From Zestosphaera tikiterensis (GTDB lineage Archaea > Thermoproteota > Thermoprotei_A > Sulfolobales > NBVN01), in contig NBVN01000004.1 of NCBI GenBank assembly GCA_003056265.1, positions 210,001 to 242,000 on the forward strand: 32,000 bases of DNA. The letters run 5' to 3'. Position numbers and translations under genes: made by a program. Below are positions 18,344 to 27,011 of this stretch, piece after piece (position 1 is the stretch's first letter; every line of letters begins with the position of its first letter). The notes under the pieces are model-generated. The model did no database searches, had not been told where the DNA came from, and saw only the letters and a list, made by a program, of their open reading frames with translations.

Positions 18344-20129
18344 GTGATTCCTCAACTTTCTTGAGTTGTCTCCTATACATTTCAAGCAGCTCATCGGTTG
18401 TCGTAGCGTCTTCAGGTTTTTTATCGGGTCTCCACTTAATGAATCGTGGGAACCTAATCGAGATACCGGCGTCTTTCTTCACAGCGCCTTTACAGCATGT
18501 GTGAAGTGGTGAAAGAGTTAACTCAGCTCCTAAAACCTCAGCTACGTACTGTGGGATAACCCAAATGTCAGGTTCTATGTCTGAATCCACCCTGGGATGT
18601 TTATGACTTAGCGTTATCGGTTTTAACATCTCCGTAATTTCCTCTAAATCCTTATCTGTGAAGCCTGTGCCCAGCTTACAAACAGTCTTAAACGTGTCGG
18701 TTTTCTTGTCGTAGGCAGCCATCAATAAAGTACCCCATTTACCGCCTCTCTTACCTCTACCGGCGAAAGCTCCTACAACAACTAAGTCCACTGTATCTAT
18801 CATTTCGCTTTTGTAGTCTCTCTTATATTTAATCCAGAGCCACCCCCTAGCCCCTGCTTGATATATTGCGTTGGAGTGAAGTGCCTTAACTACAACCCCC
18901 TCACCGCCGTTTTCAATGCAGTAAAGGAAGAATTTCTCAAGTTCTTGAGGGTCTTCAGTTATTATGTAGTCAGCTATTCGGAAGTCTTCACTTTCCTTAA
19001 CTACCTTCTTCAGGACTTCCCTCCTATAGGCTATCGGTTTTGTAGTCAGGTCCTCACCTTCATTGTAGAGTATGTCGAACAGAAAGACTTTAACGGGAAT
19101 TTCCTTGATGACCTCATGTATGTCGTATTTCCTCTTCCTATGCATTAACTCTTGGAAAGGCCTTAACTCACCGGTTTCTGGGTCTGTAGCTACGATCTCG
19201 CCTTCAAGTATGGCTTCATTGCTTAACACGTGAGTTCTAACCATCTCAACTACGTCTGGGTATTGATGCGTTATGTTCTCAAGACGTCTGGAGAATATGT
19301 AGACCGTATCGTCTTTCTTATGTATTTGCCCTCTCTCACCATCGTATTTAAACTCAACTAAGGCTTTACCACCGACCTTAGACAGTATTTCTTCAGGGTT
19401 GTCTAAACGTTCAGCTAACATAGGCTTTATAGGAATGCCTACCTCAGGCTTTATATTCTCTATAGATTTAATCCCTTCGTAAGCTATTAACCTAGCGATA
19501 GAGCCTAAATCCGCTCTTATGTTATATGCTCTCTCAACTATAGGTCTATACGCTTGCGAACCTCCGAAAACTATAGCTAGAGCATCTAATATCGTGGCTT
19601 CTCCTAACCCAAGCCTTAAACGACCTTCTAAAAACCTAACTATGAACTTAGCTTCCGAAGGTGTGGCTTCGGTAAGTAAGCCAGCTATTAGGTTTATCTT
19701 AAGGTCTCTACTGCCCTCACCTGTTGTTAAAGCTATCTTAGCTAACGTGTCATAAACCTTCTCAACAGTTAATCCGGCCCTACCTGTTGAGGAACTTAAA
19801 AACTTTGTTAACCCGCCGGCGGACTTCCTCATTTTAAGCATCTCCGCTGTTTTACCTAAATCACCGCTAGTTTTATACGTCTTCTCAACCTCCTCTTCAG
19901 AACTTCCCGTCGCTTTAGCTATTGCTTTAATCAGGTACTTCTCCCCAACCCCCAGTTCAGGTAACCCCTTCCAATCAGGCCATAAAACCCCTTGAAGTAA
20001 GTAAACAACTTTATCTACAATCTCCTTAGGCGTGTTTTTCAATACATTCACTACAACATTCGTTATCTGCGTTCTACTAGTGATCTTCTCTAACTGGTTG
20101 AAAGCCTCAACTAATATCTTAAGCTCCAT
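18333..20129 (-). CDS. lig: ATP-dependent DNA ligase
   Basis: Adenylation motif EFKYDGERGQIH and full OB/adenylation architecture. ATG 20129 (MELKILVEAFNQLEKI...) is preferred over the GTG at 20204. Confidence 0.95.
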   Translation of the reverse strand: MELKILVEAFNQLEKITSRTQITNVVVNVLKNTPKEIVDKVVYLLQGVLWPDWKGLPELGVGEKYLIKAIAKATGSSEEEVEKTYKTSGDLGKTAEMLKMRKSAGGLTKFLSSSTGRAGLTVEKVYDTLAKIALTTGEGSRDLKINLIAGLLTEATPSEAKFIVRFLEGRLRLGLGEATILDALAIVFGGSQAYRPIVERAYNIRADLGSIARLIAYEGIKSIENIKPEVGIPIKPMLAERLDNPEEILSKVGGKALVEFKYDGERGQIHKKDDTVYIFSRRLENITHQYPDVVEMVRTHVLSNEAILEGEIVATDPETGELRPFQELMHRKRKYDIHEVIKEIPVKVFLFDILYNEGEDLTTKPIAYRREVLKKVVKESEDFRIADYIITEDPQELEKFFLYCIENGGEGVVVKALHSNAIYQAGARGWLWIKYKRDYKSEMIDTVDLVVVGAFAGRGKRGGKWGTLLMAAYDKKTDTFKTVCKLGTGFTDKDLEEITEMLKPITLSHKHPRVDSDIEPDIWVIPQYVAEVLGAELTLSPLHTCCKGAVKKDAGISIRFPRFIKWRPDKKPEDATTTDELLEMYRRQLKKVEESPTP

Positions 20130-20363
20130 CACATACCCCAATAAATAAACGGCTTTTCGTAGGTAATATACATAAGTTTTAAAGACATCGCTTAAACACA
20201 ACACAATCTTTACCTTAACAATTCAACCGTTCCTAAAATCCCTGTTGAAGATGAAGCTTAACTGCTAAGTATAGAATCGTTAAAACGATCTAATGTTAGC
20301 TACTTAAACTCACGTAGGTATAGTTTATAATTGACGCCACAAACTTTATTTAGGTGTGACGGA

Positions 20364-20675
20364 ATGGGTGGCGGTAAGAAGAAGAAACCTATATCAGCTA
20401 TGGAGAAGGAAACTAAGAAGGAGGAGGTTAAGAAGCCCGAGAAACGTGAGAAGCAAGTAAGTGCGTTTTACGATGTTGACGAAGGTGTCTTGAAGAAGGC
20501 TCTATCCACAGTTAAAGGTGTTGACGTCGTTACTACGTATCAACTAGCTTCTAGCTTAGGTGTTAGGATGTCTACGGCTAGAAGGATACTTAAAGAGCTG
20601 AGTAGTAGGGGGGATGTGGAGGTTCTCGATAAGTTCAGGGCTTTAATAATAGCCGTACCTAAACAAAACGTTTAA
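20364..20675 (+). CDS. rps25e: 30S ribosomal protein S25e (eS25)
   Basis: Lys-rich N-terminus MGGGKKKK and a C-terminal winged-helix-like VTTYQLASSLGVRMSTARRILKEL. tttataa at 20324-20330 and aggtg at 20351-20355 support ATG 20364. Confidence 0.8.
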   Translation: MGGGKKKKPISAMEKETKKEEVKKPEKREKQVSAFYDVDEGVLKKALSTVKGVDVVTTYQLASSLGVRMSTARRILKELSSRGDVEVLDKFRALIIAVPKQNV

Positions 20676-20710
20676 CGGAAGTTAAAGTTTCTTAGCGTTG
20701 AAGAGGTGAG

Positions 20711-21355
20711 TTGTTGAGTAAGGAAAGTTTGTGGTTATCCATAGTTGAGGATATAAAGTCCTGTAAGTTATGTAGGTTAAGCTCGTATAGAACTAACGCA
20801 GTTCCTGGGGAGGGTCCTTTAAACGCTTCTATAGTTTTCGTTGGTGAAGCGCCTGGGAAGTCTGAAGACTTAGCTGGTAGGCCTTTCGTCGGTGCTGCTG
20901 GTAAACTCCTTACAGAACTTCTGGAGTCTAACGGAATTAGAAGGGAGGAGGTCTTCATAACTAACGTCGTTAAGTGTAGACCCCCCGACAATAGAGACCC
21001 TTTTGAGGATGAGGTAAGCGCTTGTTCCATACATACAAACAAGATAGTGGAGTTGATAAGGCCTTCTATGATTGTCACTTTAGGCAATCATTCAGGGAGG
21101 TACTTCTTCGAGGTCTTAGGCGGTATTAAATGGTATGGAGTTAAAAGAGCGAGGGGTAAGGTCTATAAGTTAAGGATCTTAGGCAATGACGTAGTTTTAA
21201 TCCCGACATACCATCCAGCAGCCGCGCTCTACAACCCTAAAGTTAGGGAGGAGTTGGAGGAGGATTTCAAGTTGATAGTGAATACCTATAATGAATTAAG
21301 TAAGCCGAAACCAACTCAGGAGAAACGTAAAACGTTATTAGATTTTATGAAGTGA
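20711..21355 (+). CDS. udg: family 4 uracil-DNA glycosylase (thermostable, Fe-S type)
   Basis: 214 aa. CKLCRL, VGEAPGKSEDLAGRPFVGAAGKLL, VVKCRPP and HPAAALY motifs. Confidence 0.9.
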   Translation: MLSKESLWLSIVEDIKSCKLCRLSSYRTNAVPGEGPLNASIVFVGEAPGKSEDLAGRPFVGAAGKLLTELLESNGIRREEVFITNVVKCRPPDNRDPFEDEVSACSIHTNKIVELIRPSMIVTLGNHSGRYFFEVLGGIKWYGVKRARGKVYKLRILGNDVVLIPTYHPAAALYNPKVREELEEDFKLIVNTYNELSKPKPTQEKRKTLLDFMK

Positions 21356-21362
21356 TAGCCTT

Positions 21363-21824
21363 ATGGATGAAGACACTGTAGAGGTAACCCACGAGGATCT
21401 CAGGAAGTACTTACGAAGTCGTATCGACGAGTTGAGGAGGGAGTTGAGGTATTTAGAGGAGTTGTTAGCTATAGTTGAGGGTAGGAAAAGCAAACCCGAG
21501 GTAGAACCTAAACCTACGAATATCGACGTCATAACTTTTGAAAACAGCATAGTAGCTAACGTAATCATGGGTGAGGGCTATCTAAAGATAGTTCTCACGG
21601 AGGCTTTCCCAGCGGATCATCCGCTGGTTACGTCTTTCCTCGTTAAAATCCTTGAGGAGAGGAAGGAGAAAGGCGATATAGACTACTATCGAGTCGGTGA
21701 GAAGAAAGGCTATATTTACGACGTCGAGATAAGGGGTAGGATATCCAACATAGTGTATAAAGAGCTTGAAACCGCACTTACGTATATCTGGAGGAACTTA
21801 CATGGGAAAAGTTCTTCAGACTAA
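21363..21824 (+). CDS. hypothetical protein, 153 aa (N-terminal coiled coil)
   Basis: ATG 8 nt after the UDG stop, same strand. No motif recognised. Confidence 0.55.
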   Translation: MDEDTVEVTHEDLRKYLRSRIDELRRELRYLEELLAIVEGRKSKPEVEPKPTNIDVITFENSIVANVIMGEGYLKIVLTEAFPADHPLVTSFLVKILEERKEKGDIDYYRVGEKKGYIYDVEIRGRISNIVYKELETALTYIWRNLHGKSSSD

Positions 21825-21871
21825 CCTCCTCAAATTTTAAGTATGAGGTAATCCAGTCGTTAAGTTATGTG

Positions 21872-21931
21872 TGGCTCAGCGTAACACTGACCAGGCATTT
21901 AAGACCTTCTTGCCGGGTTCTCATCACGGCC
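21872..21931 (-). ncRNA. possible C/D box sRNA (good C and D boxes, degenerate internal boxes)
   Basis: The minus strand reads ggc-c-GTGATGA-41 nt-CTGA-gcc. The C-to-D spacing fits archaeal sRNAs and there is a 3-bp terminal stem. No convincing D'/C' boxes. Confidence 0.35.
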
Positions 21932-22008
21932 AAATCTAATTCTTTAAGGGTTAATTAAGTTTAAGGTTTAAAGCGGTTAAGACAATTTAAAGCTTAAACA
22001 ACCTTTGT

Positions 22009-23118
22009 TTGGTTGATGGTGTGGGATCTAAAGTATGTGTGGTTGGTGGGGGACCTGCTGGACTACTCTCTAGCTATGTGTTAGTTAACTTAGGCTTTGA
22101 AGTTTCGATATTTGAAGAACATAGAGAGGTTGGGATACCTAGGCATTGTTCAGGTATGTTAAGTGATTACGTAGTAAGTAGCTTAAGCGGTTTCGTTAAG
22201 GACTGTGTAGTCGGTAGGTTCAGAAGCTACGCATTGATTTTAGATACGCACTCAAGTTTTAAGGAGGTTTCCACACTTACTTTCAACGAGTACGTATATG
22301 CTGTAGATAGGGAAAAACTGGAGAAGAACGTATATGAAGTTCTTACATCATCTGGTGTTGATGTAAGGCTTAAGAATAAAGTAATGGAAATCTCCTTTAA
22401 TCCTCTACGCATCACTTTAGAGTCTGGCAAGTATGAAACATGCGATTATGTAGTGGTAGGTGAGGGAGCTGTTAGAAGACTTAGTAAGTCTTTAGGCTTC
22501 TGTAAATCTGTGAAGAACGCCTTCGGTCTTCAAGCAGTAATTAAAACCTCTAAAACTTTAGAAGTTCCTTATGTGGTTTTAAGCAAGTTTTTCGATAAGG
22601 ACTCTTTTGGATGGGTTATACCTTTGGAAAATAAGGAAGCTCTTGTTGGCGTTATATCAAGGAATAATTTAAGGTTAAGACTCGCATATCTAATTAAGAA
22701 GTTCTTAAGGTATGAAGGGCTACGAGACCTCAACTTAATTAATGTGTTTGGTGGTTTAATACCTTTGGATACACCCTGCAGTACAGTCATTAAGGAACAT
22801 AACGTAATCGCCGTAGGTGATGCGGCATCCATGATTAAGCCAATATCTAAGGGTGGTCTCTACCCGATAACACTATCCATTCAAGCACTCAGGAAATCCG
22901 TCAGGAGGGGTGATATAGATCTTAAACTATATGTCGAGAATATGAAGTCAATCGTAAGTAAGTTAAGGACGCAGCATATCGTTAAGGACGTAGTCATGTT
23001 TTTTGGAGGGTATTATAACCTAGTTAAGTTATTGAACGAATTTAAGGTTAGGGAGGTAAAAGTACTTAAATATGATGACTTAGTTTTAAAAGGTATGTCA
23101 CTCATCTCTAAACGATGA
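22009..23118 (+). CDS. FAD-dependent oxidoreductase of the geranylgeranyl reductase family
   Basis: 369 aa. N-terminal VCVVGGGPAGLL dinucleotide-binding motif and GDAAS later. Start is TTG 22009 or GTG 22021. Confidence 0.7.
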   Translation: MVDGVGSKVCVVGGGPAGLLSSYVLVNLGFEVSIFEEHREVGIPRHCSGMLSDYVVSSLSGFVKDCVVGRFRSYALILDTHSSFKEVSTLTFNEYVYAVDREKLEKNVYEVLTSSGVDVRLKNKVMEISFNPLRITLESGKYETCDYVVVGEGAVRRLSKSLGFCKSVKNAFGLQAVIKTSKTLEVPYVVLSKFFDKDSFGWVIPLENKEALVGVISRNNLRLRLAYLIKKFLRYEGLRDLNLINVFGGLIPLDTPCSTVIKEHNVIAVGDAASMIKPISKGGLYPITLSIQALRKSVRRGDIDLKLYVENMKSIVSKLRTQHIVKDVVMFFGGYYNLVKLLNEFKVREVKVLKYDDLVLKGMSLISKR

Positions 23119-23119
23119 G

Positions 23120-24358
23120 TTACGAGTTTACTTTGTGGGTAAGTTCCCTCAAGAATACTGTGGCGTACGCCGAAGGATCTAACTCAAACTTTAACTTCAT
23201 TACGTTATTAAACTTCTCGTATTCGTAGCTAAAGTTCTTAACTGTAAACGCAACTTCCCTACTGGCTTTACTCATGAACTTAGCGAAAGATGATTTGCTG
23301 GCTTCCTTTAAGGTCTCTACCTCTTCATCTAAACCCTCTATAAATTCAGCAGAGCATCTATCGTCTAACCTAGCTTTAGGGTGGGGTAGCGGAGCTACCT
23401 CACACTTTTTTAGGAAGTTTTCAAGGCTTTCATGCCTTAATATACTCTTACTTAAGGCAACGTTGAAGAGGTATGACTGGTAAGATTCTACATATATCCT
23501 TAAGTACTGCGGGTCTAACGATTTAACAGCTCTTTCGTAAGTATATCCTTCAATCAACTTTCTAAGTAGAAACTTCTCAACACTAAGTGACTTGGGAAAT
23601 AGCTTAACCGCTTCTTCAAGTCTGCCCTCTTCGAAAGCTTTCCTAGCTGCTATAGTCCTCGGGTTTTCCTTCGGGTATGGATTTCCTAAAACCCACTTAA
23701 TAACTTCCTCAAAGTTCTCTCTCAATAAAGCCTTGCCTATTACGTGAGTAACGGGCCTTACGGAGCCGAATCTTTGATATCCGTAGTAGTTTGGAATGGG
23801 TGTTTCATGTATTTTACGTGCCATAGAATCCACCTTCAGAAGGACTTCCTCAGAAACGTTAAGTAACGATACTTCAAAGTAATTACCGCTTAAACACCCT
23901 CTCCTTAAAGGTTCGTAGACCACACCTGAAAACCACATTTTAATCTTACCTTTTAATAGCTCGTAATACCTTGAGTAAGACCTGCCCTCCACACACTTAA
24001 CAGTTATGTATTGACATGTATATCCTTCAGCGTCTTTCAACCCAGCGTAAGAAACCCTAGAGTTTAGAACCTTCCTCACAAGCTCAACAGCGTCTAACGT
24101 AGGTATGTTCTCCTTACATAACACATACCTTAGGAAAGACCCCTTCCAACACTTCACATTGTTGCCTACTACTTCATCAGTTTTAGGTCTAGCTATATCA
24201 CCCTCCAGTCCAATTTCAAAAACTTTAAACCCCATAACGTTTTTAACGAACTTCACCGTGGGACCAAGGTAAAACTCCGGTCTGGCATAGACATACATAC
24301 CTACACTTAAGTCCAGAGGCTCGGAACTCAGCAGCACAGCCTTCGAACCGTCACTCAT
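23120..24358 (-). CDS. truD: tRNA pseudouridine synthase TruD/Pus7 family
   Basis: YAGLKDAEG (catalytic Asp) and NYYGYQRFG motifs. ATG 24358 (MSDGSKAV...) has tttattaa about 25 nt upstream. The ORF-track start 24409 would abut the SRP RNA. Confidence 0.85.
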   Translation of the reverse strand: MSDGSKAVLLSSEPLDLSVGMYVYARPEFYLGPTVKFVKNVMGFKVFEIGLEGDIARPKTDEVVGNNVKCWKGSFLRYVLCKENIPTLDAVELVRKVLNSRVSYAGLKDAEGYTCQYITVKCVEGRSYSRYYELLKGKIKMWFSGVVYEPLRRGCLSGNYFEVSLLNVSEEVLLKVDSMARKIHETPIPNYYGYQRFGSVRPVTHVIGKALLRENFEEVIKWVLGNPYPKENPRTIAARKAFEEGRLEEAVKLFPKSLSVEKFLLRKLIEGYTYERAVKSLDPQYLRIYVESYQSYLFNVALSKSILRHESLENFLKKCEVAPLPHPKARLDDRCSAEFIEGLDEEVETLKEASKSSFAKFMSKASREVAFTVKNFSYEYEKFNNVMKLKFELDPSAYATVFLRELTHKVNS

Positions 24359-24430
24359 CGTACCTACCTCAACAACTAAGTTAATAAAGCTGAAACTAAG
24401 CTTAAGCATTCCCTCAACAGTTCAGTTAAA

Positions 24431-24737
24431 GGCGCGGCTCCCCTTACCACGTAGGGACAGACACTAACCGGCATTCAAGCCGTCCTCCACCCGGTGACCT
24501 GCGAACGTCGGCGTCGGAGGTTAGGTTGCTCCCTTCCGGGCCTGGCCAGGTTCCCCCCGCAAAGGCGGTTGACACCTCCCCTCCAGGAGGTGCTCCGCCA
24601 CCGCCGACCCCGCAGGGCGGGATTCATCGCTGGTCTTGAAGCGGTTAGTGCCTGCCCACTACGTGGTAAGGGGTTACTGGCCCCGCATTACGCCTTCGGC
24701 GAGGGGAGGTGGCGAGCCTCCCAGCCCTACCCGCGCC
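24431..24737 (-). ncRNA. ffs: signal recognition particle (7S) RNA
   Basis: 307-nt GC-rich island. The minus strand carries the helix-8 motif ggccaggcccggaagggagcaac (compare E. coli 4.5S GGUCCGGAAGGAAGCAGC). The ends ggcgcgg and ccgcgcc pair. Confidence 0.9.
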
Positions 24738-24757
24738 ATATACCTTACGTTTTAGAA

Positions 24758-24770
24758 CCTTTTAATCTTT
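24758..24770 (-). promoter_or_regulatory. TATA-like box for SRP RNA
   Basis: The minus strand reads aaagattaaaagg, centred about 25 nt upstream of the predicted 5' end at 24737. Confidence 0.35.
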
Positions 24771-24861
24771 AACCGATATGTGGAAAACGCAACCAGTCTT
24801 TAGGTGTTGTATTTTAAACCTGCTTTTAAAGATTACTTGCTTTAGTTATTGGGGGTGTGGC

Positions 24862-25107
24862 ATGGCTCGAAGAGCAGCCGTTAATGAAGGAAGTAAGTAC
24901 CTTCTGGGGGCTTTACTCTTAATTACGTTGATGGCGGTCTCGTTAGTTTTAGGTTGGTATGGGTTGTATATTGAGAGAGCTCAGCAAACAACTACTTCAA
25001 TACCTACGAGCACTACGGAGCAGGAGTTTATGAATGTTACGTCCACGTCAGTTACGGAAACATATACAACACAACCTACTAACACAACTACAACAGCATC
25101 GACTTAG
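24862..25107 (+). CDS. small membrane-anchored Thr-rich protein, 81 aa
   Basis: ATG 24862 preceded by gggggtgtgg. One TM segment (YLLGALLLITLMAVSLVLGWYGLYI) followed by a Thr/Ser-rich tail. The longer ORF-track start has no support. Confidence 0.5.
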   Translation: MARRAAVNEGSKYLLGALLLITLMAVSLVLGWYGLYIERAQQTTTSIPTSTTEQEFMNVTSTSVTETYTTQPTNTTTTAST

Positions 25108-25170
25108 CTTAATATCCATATTCCTCCCTTTAAAAGGTCGTCAAACTTCGTTAGTCTATTTTCCTTTCCT

Positions 25171-25872
25171 TTAAGGTGTGTAGCAGGGGTTAGGTATTAA
25201 CGGGACTTCCTTACTTAGTAGGTCTATGTAGTACTGAACGTTGATAACGAAGTCTCTGAAGGCGCTTATGGGAACTACGAAACAGCCTTTCCTAGGCTCT
25301 TTTAAAACCTCAGTTAACGTAACTATGACTGGCGTGAAATGCCTAGCTTTCTTAAGGGTTTTATACTTATTCCTTAAACTCCAACATTCCCTAGCTATGT
25401 ATTCCGTTTTAACTCTATGGTTTGAAGCTACGTATTCCAGCTTGCTTTTCTTGCTGTATCCTGGAGACCAATGCTTGCAGTCTATAACTAGACCAACACC
25501 CGTAGTATGGTTTACAGCTACTACGTCAATCTCGTATCGTTTACCGAAGGTCTTAAGTGAATGAATTACTTCATAATCCGCAAGGCTTAAGTAGTGAAGG
25601 ACTAGCTCTTCAAAATCTCTCCAATCTAAGGTTTCCGCAACGACGTAGGGATCGACACCATACTCTAAAGCTCTTAAAGCTATCGGGACTAAAGTCTTAA
25701 AGCATAGTACGTCTGCCTTATTTACTAACGTGTTGGGAACTTCAACGTAGTCTTTAAGTATTTGATCAAGCGTTGCGATCTTCTCTAACTCCTCCCTACT
25801 CACGCATTTATCGCGTCTAGTCAATTCCTTAAGAAGTAACGTATACGTGGTTAAGCCCACCTTACTAATCAA
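25171..25872 (-). CDS. Mrr-cat / PD-(D/E)xK restriction-endonuclease-like protein with an N-terminal helical (wHTH-like) region
   Basis: 233 aa. WRDFEELVLHYL...YEIDVVAV...GLVIDCKHW matches the FE..v...GiD-ii...vQcK pattern of the Mrr catalytic domain. TTG start. Confidence 0.65.
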   Translation of the reverse strand: MISKVGLTTYTLLLKELTRRDKCVSREELEKIATLDQILKDYVEVPNTLVNKADVLCFKTLVPIALRALEYGVDPYVVAETLDWRDFEELVLHYLSLADYEVIHSLKTFGKRYEIDVVAVNHTTGVGLVIDCKHWSPGYSKKSKLEYVASNHRVKTEYIARECWSLRNKYKTLKKARHFTPVIVTLTEVLKEPRKGCFVVPISAFRDFVINVQYYIDLLSKEVPLIPNPCYTP

Positions 25873-25884
25873 GTTGAGTTCACC

Positions 25885-25946
25885 TGAGGTTTCAGAATAC
25901 GGGGGCTCCTCACCTTTCAGCGATCATCTCCTTCATCACTGCCTCA
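25885..25946 (-). ncRNA. C/D box sRNA (2'-O-methylation guide)
   Basis: The minus strand reads tgagg-ca-GTGATGA-aggagatgatcg-CTGA-aag-GTGAGGA-gcccccgtatt-CTGA-aa-cctca. This is canonical C / 12 nt / D' / 3 nt / C' / 11 nt / D with a 5-bp terminal stem. Confidence 0.75.
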
Positions 25947-26010
25947 ATAACTACTTCATCAACGAAGTTAAAAACTCTTAAATTTAATAACAACGAATAT
26001 GTAGAGGGAA

Positions 26011-26613
26011 GTGGTGCAGGTATTCAAGGAGTCCTACAAGATGATTTCAAGGTTTGTGTTAAACGCGTTAGACGAGATTTCCCTTTCAGAACTCGAGAAA
26101 TTCGTAAATAAGTTAGTATCTATATATTACGATTCAAAAAAGATTTTAGTTATAGGTGCTGGACGCTCTGGCTTAATCGGCAGGGCTTTTGCGATGAGGC
26201 TAGCCCACCTAGGCTTTAACGTGTATGTCTTTGGGGAGACCATCACCCCCGCCTTAAGTGCGGGGGATGTGTTGATAGCTATCTCGGGCTCTGGAAGGAC
26301 GAAGTTAGTGGTTACAGCTGCTGAGGTAGGTAAGTCTATAGGAGCTTTAGTCATCGGCATAACTTCATATCCAGACTCCCCTTTAGGACAGCTCTCCGAC
26401 TTAATTGTTAAAGTTCCTGGCAGGACTAAAGTAAGCTTTGAAGACGATTACAACGTAAGGCAATTGAAGGGTATTTACGAGCCTTTAGCTCCTTTAGGAA
26501 CTTTATTCGAGATAACCGCTTTAGTGCTGCTTGACTCCGTGATTTCAGAACTTATGGTTAGGTTAGGTAAAACCGAGGAGGATCTGCGGATGAGGCACGC
26601 CAACATAGAGTGA
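26011..26613 (+). CDS. phi: 6-phospho-3-hexuloisomerase (SIS domain)
   Basis: 200 aa. GAGRSGLIGRAFAMRLAHLGF...GETITP...ISGSGRT closely parallels Methanocaldococcus PHI. Start is GTG 26011 or ATG 26041. Confidence 0.85.
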   Translation: MVQVFKESYKMISRFVLNALDEISLSELEKFVNKLVSIYYDSKKILVIGAGRSGLIGRAFAMRLAHLGFNVYVFGETITPALSAGDVLIAISGSGRTKLVVTAAEVGKSIGALVIGITSYPDSPLGQLSDLIVKVPGRTKVSFEDDYNVRQLKGIYEPLAPLGTLFEITALVLLDSVISELMVRLGKTEEDLRMRHANIE

Positions 26614-26627
26614 GTAGGCGGTGATGA

Positions 26628-27011
26628 TTGACGTCCTGTAAAGCAACGTCTTATAGTGAAGCTTTAAGGCATGTAAATATAGCGATTGACGCATTTAAGA
26701 AATACTTAAGCGGTGAAAACCATAGGGAAAACTTAACTATCGCGTTAACCAACATCTTAAAAAGCTTGATAATCTTAAAGAGCGGCTCATACATATCCGA
26801 TATGGACTTAACCAACATAGCTTCTATAGCGTTAGATAAAGGCATTATAGACGCTAAAACATATGCTGAGATAGTTACGGCGAATTTAATAATCAAGGGT
26901 TATTACGTAAACAACCTCCGCTATGTTGAGGACTTATTTAAGAAGTTATTAGATAAGGTCGTAGCTTTAGATCCATACGTTAATCAGCAGCTATCACTCT
27001 TTAGATATTAA
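26628..27011 (+). CDS. hypothetical helical protein, 127 aa
   Basis: TTG start 15 nt after the phi stop, with ggtga upstream. No motif recognised. Confidence 0.5.
   Translation: MTSCKATSYSEALRHVNIAIDAFKKYLSGENHRENLTIALTNILKSLIILKSGSYISDMDLTNIASIALDKGIIDAKTYAEIVTANLIIKGYYVNNLRYVEDLFKKLLDKVVALDPYVNQQLSLFRY

Noticed and set aside
21857-21895. Alternative plus-strand C/D reading (ATGAGGT ... CTGA) overlapping the minus-strand candidate
   Set aside because: The C box is degenerate and there is no terminal stem. The minus-strand reading has perfect C and D boxes.
24494-24772. 92-aa Arg/Pro/Gly-rich ORF on the plus strand
   Set aside because: It is the complement of the SRP RNA. Its composition simply reflects the GC-rich RNA gene, and it has no promoter or SD.
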